DNA of 20,357 nucleotides from Chlamydiia bacterium (GTDB lineage Bacteria; Chlamydiota; Chlamydiia; Chlamydiales; JBMOFD01): NCBI GenBank assembly GCA_049314435.1, contig JBMOFD010000032.1, positions 1 to 20,357 of the forward strand, read 5' to 3'. Shown piece by piece: positions 1 to 10,200 of this stretch (position 1 is its first letter; each line of letters starts with the position of its first letter). The notes under the pieces were generated by a model. It saw only the letters and a program-made list of their open reading frames with translations, ran no database searches and was not told where the DNA came from. The position numbers and the translations under genes were made by a program.

Positions 1-26
1 ACTTTGTCAGGCAGAGCAGTGAGCAC

Positions 27-357
27 GTGTTCCCCGCAGGTGCGGGGATGAACCGGGAGATTTGTTTAGCCATGAGGGCGCAGGACAGTGTTCCCCGCAG
101 GTGCGGGGATGAACCGAGATCCTACAGTTGTATCGCCTCCATCTGATCGTGTTCCCCGCAGGTGCGGGGATGAACCGGCTATCTGCTTCAGAGACTGAGA
201 CGACACAGTGGTGCCACGGTCATATAGGGATGGACTGCATTTCAGGATCTCCACTATCTTTATGGCGTAATCCCCGCGCATGGCGGGGATGGACCTGGAC
301 TGTAAATTCATCGACTCACGTCTCCACCGTGTTCCCCGCGCATGCGGGGATGAACCG
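27..357 (+). CRISPR. Type I-E CRISPR array, trailer end; the array continues off the left edge of the window
   Basis: The 29-bp repeat GTGTTCCCCGCAGGTGCGGGGATGAACCG occurs at 27-55, 88-116 and 149-177, separated by 32-bp spacers (56-87, 117-148). Degenerate copies lie at 208-237 and 267-296, a variant copy GTGTTCCCCGCGCATGCGGGGATGAACCG at 329-357, and a possible terminal remnant from 389 (GTGCTCCTC...). The CCCCGC/GCGGGG hairpin and ATGAACCG 3' handle are typical of E. coli-like type I-E repeats. No cas genes are in the window. Confidence 0.97.
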
Positions 358-703
358 CTATCGCCATGGACCAATCGCAGGTGCTACGGTGCTCCTCAGG
401 AGGCATAGAGAGAGGCTACGGAGCATTCTCTTTCGTTTTTGCCTCCATGCATGATGTTGGAGCAGGCTCTGAGTCTTCTGAATGCCACGACTGAATGCTT
501 CCCCGCTGTCCACGAGCCCCAGGCTCGACGGATTCGAGATAGAAGGGCTCAATTTCTAGCGGGGCCGCTGGGAATTGCCGTGGTAGCCGTTGGCATCTGA
601 CCGAGAAAAGACGAGCTGCCTTGCCAATGACTCTCGGGTGCCTTGCCCAGGAGCCGTTCGAGTAGCTGGCTATGGCTGAAATTAGGACGTTTTAGGAGGC
701 TAG

Positions 704-776
704 TGTCCCACGGCCGACTTTTGGCCGTAAAAATGTCCCTTCCAGGGCTTGACTTTTGCTTCGTAAGCGCTTGATT
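704..776. mobile_element. Probable att junction of an element integrated at the tRNA-Tyr 3' end (IHF site plus putative integrase arm-type repeats)
   Basis: Minus-strand AATCAAGCGCTTA (776-764) matches the IHF consensus WATCAANNNNTTR exactly and lies 11 bp beyond the tRNA discriminator (788). TGTCCC direct repeats at 704-709 and 734-739 flank an ACGGCC/GGCCGT hairpin (710-728). No integrase gene or second att copy is in the window. Confidence 0.45.
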
Positions 777-787
777 AGGAAAGAGAG

Positions 788-869
788 TGGGGGCGGCTGG
801 ACTCGAACCAGCGAAACCGAAAGGTGAGGGATTTACAGTCCCTTGCAATTGCCGCTATGCGACACCCCC
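788..869 (-). tRNA. tRNA-Tyr (anticodon GTA), long variable arm, CCA not encoded
   Basis: The reverse complement folds as GGGGGTG-TC-GCATAGCGGCAATTGC-A-AGGGA CTGTAAA TCCCT-CACCTTTCGGTTTC-GCTGG TTCGAGT CCAGC-CGCCCCC-A. Confidence 0.97.
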
Positions 870-875
870 AGAAGA

Positions 876-948
876 TGCTGGCTAGAGGAATTGAACCCCC
901 AACCATCCGATTACAAGTCGGGCGCTCTACCAATTGAGCTAAGCCAGC
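876..948 (-). tRNA. tRNA-Thr (anticodon TGT), CCA not encoded
   Basis: The reverse complement folds as GCTGGCT-TA-GCTC AATTGGTA GAGC-G-CCCGA CTTGTAA TCGGA-TGGTT-GGGGG TTCAATT CCTCT-AGCCAGC-A. It lies 6 bp upstream of tRNA-Tyr, the common bacterial Thr-Tyr tandem. Confidence 0.97.
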
Positions 949-958
949 AACGGCACAC

Positions 959-987
959 ATGGTACGCCGTGGGAGGTTAACGCGCAA
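959..987 (-). promoter_or_regulatory. Housekeeping sigma promoter of the tRNA-Thr-Tyr operon
   Basis: Minus strand TTGCGC (987-982), 17-bp spacer, TACCAT (964-959), ending 10 nt before the first base of tRNA-Thr. Confidence 0.65.
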
Positions 988-1020
988 TCCCAAAATCCAG
1001 GAGATCGTGTGAGATGACCG

Positions 1021-1061
1021 GCAATTATACGCCCGTGGGCTGCCCACGGGCGTATAATTGC
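1021..1061. repeat. Perfect 20-bp inverted repeat with a 1-nt centre (41-bp palindrome)
   Basis: GCAATTATACGCCCGTGGGC-T-GCCCACGGGCGTATAATTGC; the arms are exact reverse complements. Confidence 0.95.
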
Positions 1062-1241
1062 TGGAGGAACGTTTTCTCTATGGGCGGCGCAATTCGGATT
1101 GAGCGCCATCCAGGAAGCCTTCTGGCGGCGTCGGGGCTCGAACTTGTTTTCATGCAACTGGTCGATACCGCTCCGCTAGGTCGTGTCCAGAAGCCTCAGT
1201 TTTCAACTACACCGTGGCTTGTCCAATAGGTTGATAGATCG

Positions 1242-1262
1242 GAGCTCTCCCCGGGAGAGCTC
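1242..1262 (-). terminator. Hairpin immediately after the stop codon of the giant ORF (possible terminator or 3'-end protection)
   Basis: GAGCTCTCCC-C-GGGAGAGCTC is a perfect 10-bp inverted repeat 6 nt past the TGA at 1269. There is no U-tract, so it is not a canonical intrinsic terminator. Confidence 0.4.
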
Positions 1263-1268
1263 GGTGGT

Positions 1269-4200
1269 TCAAGGATATCCCTCAAAGCACGGAAGGGCGC
1301 GGCGGTAGCTGCCCGGTACAAGGGAGGCTTGCACTGCGGTATTTTCGCCTGCTTCCACGATCCGATCGGGACAGAGCTCAAGGGCCGCGTTTCCTGTGGA
1401 GGCATTCACCAGTCCCCAATGTGGTTGGTAGGAGGGAGCCTTTCCTAAGAGCACCTGATAGCGTGCCCAATCATAGGGCCCTGGGTAGGCCTCTGAGTTA
1501 GACTCCGCTGATGCAGGTCTCGCCGATGCAGGTTCTTCTGATTCTGAATCGACTTCCGCCGGGTTCACCTCTACAGGTGGAAGTCGATGGGAGGCTAGTT
1601 GCTGCTGGATCCGGAGCTCCTCAGAACCCCCGACGAATAAGACAGTCTGCTGGGGGAATCCTCGCCCACGTAGGACGAGCACTTCTTGCGATGTGGGAAG
1701 CCCCTGTTCTCCTAAGTGATAGGCAGAAGAGAGTTTGCCGTTGAGCTTAGGAGCTCCCAGTGGCTGATCCGACGGATTGGCTTCGGCCAGGGGAGGGAGG
1801 TTCCTTTTACTTCGGTATGCGTCGATCTGGATGCGTCGTTTTTGTGCGGAGAACCGGTTAGCAGATGAGGGTTGGTTCAGTAAACGGAGGTTGCGCTCGT
1901 ATGCCTGATGTTCCAGGTGGTCCTTAATTCGGGTCCCAAGTTGTTCGACGACAGGCTCTGGCCCATCAGCCTCTGGTTGGAGCCGATCATAGAGACTCTC
2001 TTTCCACGTGACTGTGGGGAGCGCTACATGGTGCACTTCGATTGCTTTGGCAAGCGAAACAGAGACCTGTTTTTGCAGAAGGACCTGACGTTCGGCCTGG
2101 TTGTTGAGCCTGGCTTCGGGTGCCAAAGCCCCTGCCCAGCGGTCATCGACGAGCTGCTCGTTGAGCGAAATAACGGTGTCTAGATCACCGGGCTGCACCT
2201 CGCCTTGGCCATACAGCCAGCGTTGGGTGGCCTGCCGAGCATTCTTGGCTTCATCGTCATTGCTATCACGCAGGCGCTCCATCCGTCGCTCCTCATCCTG
2301 CGTCCTCTTCAGCATGTCCTTGAGCCAGTCAGCATGGGTAGCCTCAGGGCGGTCGCCCTTGAGAGCTTCCCAGGTTCCGTGGGGGAGCTTGATGATGGCT
2401 CGGTGGAGTGTGCCCAGTTTACGGGCTCGGCCGGCGCCCTGCTCGATGCTGGTATCGGTCGCCGTGGAGCTAGGAATCAGCGTAAAGACTGTTTGGACGG
2501 GGCAGGGGAGGTGAGGAATGGTCAGGTCCACACCACTCTTGGGAACGGTGAAGTCCACGCCGCGTAGGTCGGCAGGACCAAAATAGAAGAGCGTCTTGGC
2601 ATACAAGTCGCTCTCGACGTCCGCATCCACGAACTCCGATTCGATGAGTTCAAGGGTGGATCCATTTTGGCAAGGGGTGATGAGACGACGAGGCATCGGA
2701 TGGTCGGGGTCGTAGAACGCCACCTGACACGTGAAATTGCGGGCCCAGCGCATCGCAATGGCTCGGCTACCCACACCGTGACCGATACCCGCTTGGTTGA
2801 GGACCGCTTGGCAGGAGATCCCCCCATCGGCGTTCCGGGTAATGAGCGAGTCTAGCTGTTGCGCGGCGGTCTGGGCATCTGGGCATGCTTCTAGATGAGC
2901 GATTGGCTGGTTCGCCACTCCATGCAGCAGAGCGGCATGGGTTTCAACCGAGGAGGAGCGATCGTCTGTCTCGTGACGTCCTTCGGAACAGGAGGAGGGC
3001 AGCTGCTGCTTACGCGGGGTGGCTGTGATGCACACCGCACCTTCTATGCCTTCGATGATCGCTGACATGCGGCGTTGCGCCCGGCCCGAATAGACCGTGA
3101 TGTGGTGGACTAGGACTTTCTCACAGAAGAAGAGGCGTAGGTCACGCTGTTGGTCATCATCCAGCAGACGTCGAAGGATAGTTCCGACCGAGCCGCCGTG
3201 ACCTTGCAAGTTCGTGGCTTCAGCTTCCTGGCGGAGACCTTCCAGTCGATCGGCCATCGTCTGATTGTGTGCTTTGGGATCGAGGTTCTCCGCTCGGATG
3301 CAGCAGATGACTCGCTGCCACTCGTTGGTAAGATAGTCATCGTCGATGGGTGTGGTGAAACAGGAGGCCGCAAAGGTGGATGCCAGTTGGTCTCCAAACG
3401 TACTGAACTGCGTATCCGGTTCCTCTTCTCCCTCTTTGAAGGGGACGCCAATCCGTCTTTCGGCACTGAAGCCATATTCACGGTTCATGGCTCCGGAGAA
3501 GAGAATGGGGAGGGAGTGGTGGACGAGTTGCCGGGCTAGTTTAGCAAGTTCCCTGTCTGGGAAGGAATCTGGTAGTGCTGCGTGCCCGAGAGCGATCGCG
3601 ATCCACTTCTGGTAGCCCATCTCATGGAGAGCCATGCGCATGAGGGCATCGATGGCTCGCTCCACACTCTTGGCTTCGTTCACGAGGAGGGTAGCCGTGG
3701 TATGGGTGGTAAAGGATCGGCGTAGCTGAGCGATATCTCGCTGTAGCTGACCGATCTCTACATCGGGATGATCTCGGTAGAGCTGTGTCAGGATGTTCGC
3801 ATCGAGGGCATTGGGACGAGTCAGCAGGTCGAAGAAACACCCAGTGAGCCGAGCGTGGGAAGTGGGTATGGGGAGGGTGTGTCCCAAGGAGAAGATCAGC
3901 TTGCGAATGGCCGAGAGAATCGCATCGGCTTCATCGAGCAGCATGCGCCCCTGTCGGAGCTGCTGATGCAAGGTGCGTAGAATCTTGAGGTCGCTATCCG
4001 GTGCATGGGCTTCCAACCGACAGGCGATCTCCACTTCCAGTATTGCGATGGTCTCCGCGGTAGTCAGGATGGGTTGATGCTTAGCGCGCATCTCGGTGAT
4101 CTTCTCAGACCAGCCCTTTGCATGATGGATCCCTTCCGAGCCCTCCAGGTCCTTACGATCGATCTTCACAGTCAGGGTCGATTCACCAGTCAGAGCTTCC

Positions 4201-7200
4201 AAGGTAGGGGAGAGATCTCGTCTTGTAGTGGATAGGAGCTGTTCGGTCACCACGACGGTCCAATCCTGCTGGCATGCAAAGGCAACGGCAAGAGCTAGCG
4301 CCGTGACGACCTTGGTCTTCCCAAAGCCTGTTCGAGCCTGCACCACCCGGTTACGCCCAGGAGCAGCAGGGTCCAAAATCTCACGAATGACGTTGATCTG
4401 TTCTTGGCGGACCACGATGCGCTTCTGCATCTGAAGGAAGAGGCGGTATCGAGCCAGAGCGACTTCTTGTCGCCTCTGTTGTTCGTTCTGTCCCTGTGGC
4501 ACCTCGGCAAAGCTTGCCTGGAGAACGCGCAGCCGCTCCAGCTCTTCACGGAGGGGGCCTGGGCGGTCTCCTGCACCGAGGAGGCGTTCGACCCCCTGTT
4601 GGAGGCAACAGGATCGGAGATAATGCTGGAGGTGAGCGGAGAGCTCGGCCGTGCGGCCGCCTAAGGGGAGGTCTCCTTGGCACCAGATCTGAAGGGCCCT
4701 TTCGAGAGCTTCCGCTTCTTGGCTTCGATCTCCTCGGCGCAGCGCCAGGACCCATCGGCTCAGTCTTGGATCTTCCACGGATTGAAGTGCCTGGAGGATC
4801 CACTGGCGAGACCGATCGCGCTCGACCATCATCTGCTGGAGAGTCTTGTTCAGGTGGATACGGGTCCTGGGGTCTGTTGCCCACTGGACCAGACGTGCGT
4901 CCACATCGGCTGCGGGTGAGGCCCCTGCGGGGAGGTCGTTGATCATGCGAAGGGAGGCCTGATAGTGATGACCGATCCCATTCTCTCCTGCCGGAGGCTC
5001 GAGCGCACCATAGAGCCCTTCCAATGCCGCTTGTTGAGCCTTAGCGTCCGCACTGAGAGCGGATGGCCGTTCTGGTATGGCCGGTGAAGCGCGTAAGATC
5101 TGTCGAGGTAGGTTCCATATTCCGAGTCCTCCCAAGAGCATCGTTCCCAGCGCCGTTCCCAACTGCAGGGCGACGAGAGTAAGACCCACGACGGGGATGA
5201 CCCCGACACATGTCGCTATACACAGAGCACCAAGGAGGCTAGCCGTCACTAAGGCGGCTATGGCCCAACGTCGGTGGGATGGAGAGACGACTTGGTCCAC
5301 AGAGCCGATAGCCAAGGCCCCAAGAGCTCCATCATGTGGATGAAGAACCTGCGTATCGGGCAAAGCGCACGGATCCGGGAAGTAGAGTGCTTCAGCAAGA
5401 AGCCGGTTGGCTCCTCGGAAATATCCATGGACAATCTGCGGGAGAACGCTCTCCGCAACAGAGAGAACGGGTCGGAGAGCTCCTTCTGGCACGCGGGAAG
5501 ATCTCAGGAACTCAGTCAGAAGTCCCATAATAGGTGCTTCTTGGACATCGGAACGGCTGAGATTGCGCTCATTCAGTGCAAGGAGAGCGTGCTCTGCCTC
5601 ATCGAATACCAAGGCATCGTTGAACAGGAGGGGGGCGTCTCCCAATATGGCTTTGACCATGTCAAGAAGACCACCCATACCCAACGCATTGGCAAGAGCG
5701 CCAGCCAGGGCACCACCCGACCGGTGGTTGATGGTCATCATGACCGAGAAAACCAGCATTTCGGTGGTGATGGGTCGCCGAGGGAGGCCCCATCGACGTG
5801 AAATCACCTCGATCCTTAGCTTGGTCCACTCCTTGAAGAGGGGAGGAAGTGTCTCAGCTGTTTGCTCCAATCCACGGATCAGTGCCTCGCGTTCCGATTC
5901 AGCAATGGCGGGTGCTGCACGGGCAGAGAGTTCTCTTAGCAGGAAGAGCGTGGCTATGGCCGCTTTGGGTAGTGGGGTGTTGCGGCTCATGGCAAAGAGG
6001 CAGGTCTGGACCAGCGACTCTGTGTCGGCTGTTCTCAGGGAGGCTAAGTCGGGGTCGCGTTGGGAGATATTCAGTTGGATGATCTTAGGAAGTCGGTTTA
6101 CTTGGTGAGCCTTGCTGTCAGGAATGATCCAGAGTTCAGCATGCCCTTCTTTGTCGATCAGAGGGATCACGGAACAGGCTGTGAAGTGGGCGCCGAACAT
6201 CTTGTGGGCCAGCTCTAGGCCGGGGGCGTACCACATGTACTCTTTGTTCCCCTTGCGCACCTTGAATGCCGACTCGGCGTCCTCAGGTAGATACTTCTTG
6301 GCCCATCCAGGTGACGAGACCGCTTCGAATTCCAGTCCGTGGAGGGAGGGGAAGGTCACTCTCTGTAGAGCGCCCGACGCTTTGCCGAAGGCACGTGCAT
6401 CAGGGCAGTTGCGAATGAGGCGACTGAGGGGGCCTCTTGTGCAGGGTGTTGCTAAAAGACTGCCTCGAGGTCCCCGTAGGGTCTTGAGAGCGCCTTTCAG
6501 CCTTGTGGCTACGTAGACCTCTTCAGCCGGGGCGCGGAGTGGGGAGCTGCCGGCGATGAGGAGTTCGACGCTGGGTTCCTTACAGGACCAGAGGCCATGA
6601 TGTGCGAGAAGAGGATAGGAGCGTCGTGCATCGGGGACGGGCTTGGACCACTCCCAGTTGAGAAGGGGGCCATTCGGTCGTCTTGGATCATGGAAGCGAC
6701 CGCGGAGGAAGTAGCCCTCTCCAGTCTCGACGAGATCGATCCATTCGTCTGAGTTCAAGTCGCCGGCAACGCGTAGGCATCGACGACAGAATTCGTCACG
6801 GCGGACGGGGAAGACGCTTCGATCTCCGACCAACTCTCGCAAGCAGGGAATGTCTTGATAGGCTTCTGGAGGAGCATAGGCACTCTTCTGTAGGAGCTGG
6901 AATGTATCGCTCAGAGCGATCACGCCTTTGTCCAGTCGGAGAGTCACACTGCGGGGAGGTCGGCCTCCTGGGGCCAGTTCATTAGCTCCGGGCTGTACCG
7001 AATACCGAACCGAGCCATCGGCTTCTTGGGTGGACTCCATCAGTTGGTTGCCCGGCTGCAAGAGAGTTCTGGCCAGGGCTACTTCGAGAAGAGCGCGTTC
7101 AGGGGTTCTTTGGGTAACGAACGGGAGCCACTCCTGCACCAGAAAGGCGCTATGGAGACGTGACCATTCGGATTCATCTCCATTCCAGGTGGCCTGCGTG

Positions 7201-10200
7201 AGGGTGTCGGCTTCCCTTAGGAGAGAGACTCGCCACTCGAGGAGTTGTGACTCGGAGAGGTTGGTCTCCTGGAGGAGCGATCCACGGTCCAGCCACATAG
7301 CAGCTCGCAGACAGTCGTGCATAGCTGCCATCGGCAGATGGGGAAGAGCTTGGAGGAGGTAGGCGGAGAAGCTCATCGTTTCGGCAAAGCGAAGCGGTTC
7401 TCGCATCTTCTCGATGAAGGCCTCGTGGTGTTTTGGTGCCAGGTGGGGGAGTGTCCTAGCCGCAAACGCCAAGAGACGGGCCGCCAGACGAGGATGCTGT
7501 GTGAACCTCTCTCTCGCTTGGTCCAGGATCCCGAGCACCAGATGAGCCACATGGTCTTCCACTAGCGGAGGGAATTGGAATCCGGGAGGGGAAAGAGTCG
7601 CTCGAACGTAGAGCCCTAAAAGGGCGGGACGTTCGAGGATTTCAGGGAAGTTGTGGATGAGGCCCAGAACCTGGCTCCAACGGATCTCCGGGGGCTCTTC
7701 TAGATCAACACCTACGCTGCCTAGGATATCGAGGTCCTTGAGTTGTAGATGCATGCGGGCCGCCTCGGTTTCCAAGGCGGTATGCCACCGCACATTGTCG
7801 ACCTCTAAACGACGCCCGTCGGCTTCTGCAATCACTCTGCGCGGATGGCCACCATCAGCCAAGGTGCTTACTTGGTTCGTGGTGTCGTACCAACTCCGAG
7901 CCTGCGTCCGACCGCTCCTGCCGCCAGACGATGTGCCTACTTTGTTCTTATGCCCGTAGCTGCGAGGGGCCAGGGAGCGAATGAGCGATTGATAGTCTAC
8001 AAGATGGGAAGAGAGGTCGGCTCGGCCGAGCGCAGGAGGGGGAAGACGGTGCAGTGCGTGGCGTCCACCTGCCCAGAGCAGGGATCCTGCTGGGCCCCCT
8101 GGAGGAAGAATCCGGGTGTCTTTTTCGCGAAGGAGGCGCGGGGCCACCTCTTCGTCGAGAAAATGATCTCCCTGAGCCCACGACAAATCAAAATGGGTCA
8201 GATTCAACTGGACAGCGGGCCTTAATCGACCCTGGAGTTCTTGAGCTAATGCGGGCAGCCTCTGTGTGAAGGCCTTCCAAGGTGCTGAGGCTTTATCCAC
8301 CCCACTGCGTACGAAATTGATTTTGGCGACAAATGGTCGGTCTGCAAAGAGATCGGCCAGGATCGCTCCTGGATCGGGCTGGATAACCCAGCAACGACTC
8401 AGAAGCCGCTGCACTCCGGGGGCGTTCATGTGAGCCATCAGATGCTGAAGCTCTCTGGTCTCAGCGTCGGAGAGAGCAAACGAGGGCTGACTTGCTGGTG
8501 TCCAGGCTCCATACTCTTCGTCCGGTTTCTTGGAGGTGCAGGTCTTGCTGAGAGTGTCCTGGGCTGCCTGCAAGTTGCAGAAAGCCTGCTTCAAGGAGCG
8601 ATGAGCAGATTGAAGAGACTGGATAGAAGGCTCTAAGTTTTGCTGGTCTTGGCTCCCCTCTTCGGGTCGCCAGATCATCCCAGCACAGCCAAGCCAGAGC
8701 ATCGGCTCAAAGAGTTCCGCATGGTAGGGGTCTAAGCCGGCGGGATTGAACAGCGGCCTGTCGGGAGCCATTCTCCACCGTTCAGTGTGTAGGATGGGGT
8801 GTTCCGCAAAAACCGGGTGTGGGCCGTTCCAGTTGTGGCCGTCGTCGTCTCGGTAATTTTGCAGCTCTTCCGGGCAGCGGACATCTGTCAAAAACATGTG
8901 ATAGAGCATGTCCCCGTATGGGTAGGCACATACTTCGCGTTTGGCCGTAGCGAGCAGGGCCTGCAGGCTCTCATTGGCTAAGACTTGTCGGCATCGCGCA
9001 AGGCCGAGAGTGCCCTGAAGAATGTTCAGACGTTGCGCCATCATCCACTCATCATGATCAAAGGCCACCATGTTCGTTGGGGCGCAGAGCTCATCCAGGC
9101 GGGTCTTCAGTGCATCTAGGGCATTCACCAAACGAGGAAGATCTTGATCTTGTTGCAGGTCTTGTCGCTGTAGAATGGTGCGCGCATCGATCTCTTCAAG
9201 ACGTGCCATCAGCATCGAACGTTGCTGTAACTCAGGGCCTTCTTGGTGACGCTCTGTCATGGCCTTTTCGATGAGAGCAGCACAGGCGCCTAAGTCAGCA
9301 GTGCGCTGTTGCCGTGCTACCTGGCGTGTCTCGTGCACAGTGACGACGGCGGCTAGTCCACACTCCAGGGCTCCTTGAGGTGGAGCGCTCTGGAGGGCGA
9401 CTGCCGGCTGGATGGATAGGACTGCTGGCTGGATGCCAAGAGAGCGATGAAGAGCGCTCAGGGCCTGAGACCATGGCTGGCCGAGGTGCAGATGCCCTCG
9501 ACGTGCAACCTCCTGTAGGAGCAGTTCAGGGACTACTAGAACAAATTTCTGTGCGGTACGGAGCCCTTGCAATAGGCTCTTGCCCGCAGCTGTGCTTTCA
9601 AGCAGTGCTGTCACAGATAGGCCTAGAGAGACCAGGCCTCCAAAGAGGCTGGCCGCGCGAATGCAGTTGGCGGCGCACTCTTTGAATAGTTGAGCTTCAA
9701 AGAGGTCATTGACTGGCTGCGCATCTGGGCGCGCCTGTGGGTCGTGGGAGCCTACAGACTCCGCCAGCTTGGCCACGGCTGAGAACATCAGGTGGATGGG
9801 GAAGATCTCGTCATGCGCTGGCTGTTGAGGAGGGGCCTCCAGATGCGCCGTCCTAGAGCGAGTCCAAGCCTCTAATAGCGGTCGTAAAGGGGAGTCCTGA
9901 GCAATAAGAGGTGTTTGCTCTACGCCCTCGAGGCGTAGATTCTCTGGGTGATCTTGATCCCCGATGAGGCTGTCAAGGAGATTCTGCAGGGTGCGCGGTA
10001 GATCAACAGTTGCCTCCGGAGTGGGTGGACCAAGATCGAGTCCGATGATATCGGTGACCTCGACAGGTCCCAGTGCTTGCGTCGAGAGTTTAGGAAAGAG
10101 GGGATTTTCCCCGCCGATCTGTAGAAGGTGTCGGGTGACCTGTGTTTGTGTGCTGCCTTCTGCCGGCGGTTCTAGCTTTAGGACTTGGAGGAGATCTCCG

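Noticed and set aside
66..454. ORFs 66..374 (-) and 128..454 (+)
   Set aside because: They are translations of CRISPR repeats and spacers (repeating VFPAGAGMNR / SSPH motifs).
496..507. ATGCTTCCCCGC resembling the start of a CRISPR repeat
   Set aside because: Out of register with the ~61-bp period and lacks the GCGGGG second half.
740..787. Tn7-like transposon end at the distance expected for CRISPR-guided insertion downstream of the tRNA protospacer
   Set aside because: No TGT terminus with repeated TnsB-type sites is recognisable there. The IHF/TGTCCC pattern fits a tyrosine-integrase junction better, so a CAST is not supported from this window.
549..1047. ORFs 549..848 and 775..1047 (-)
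   Set aside because: They run through the tRNA genes and have no protein features.
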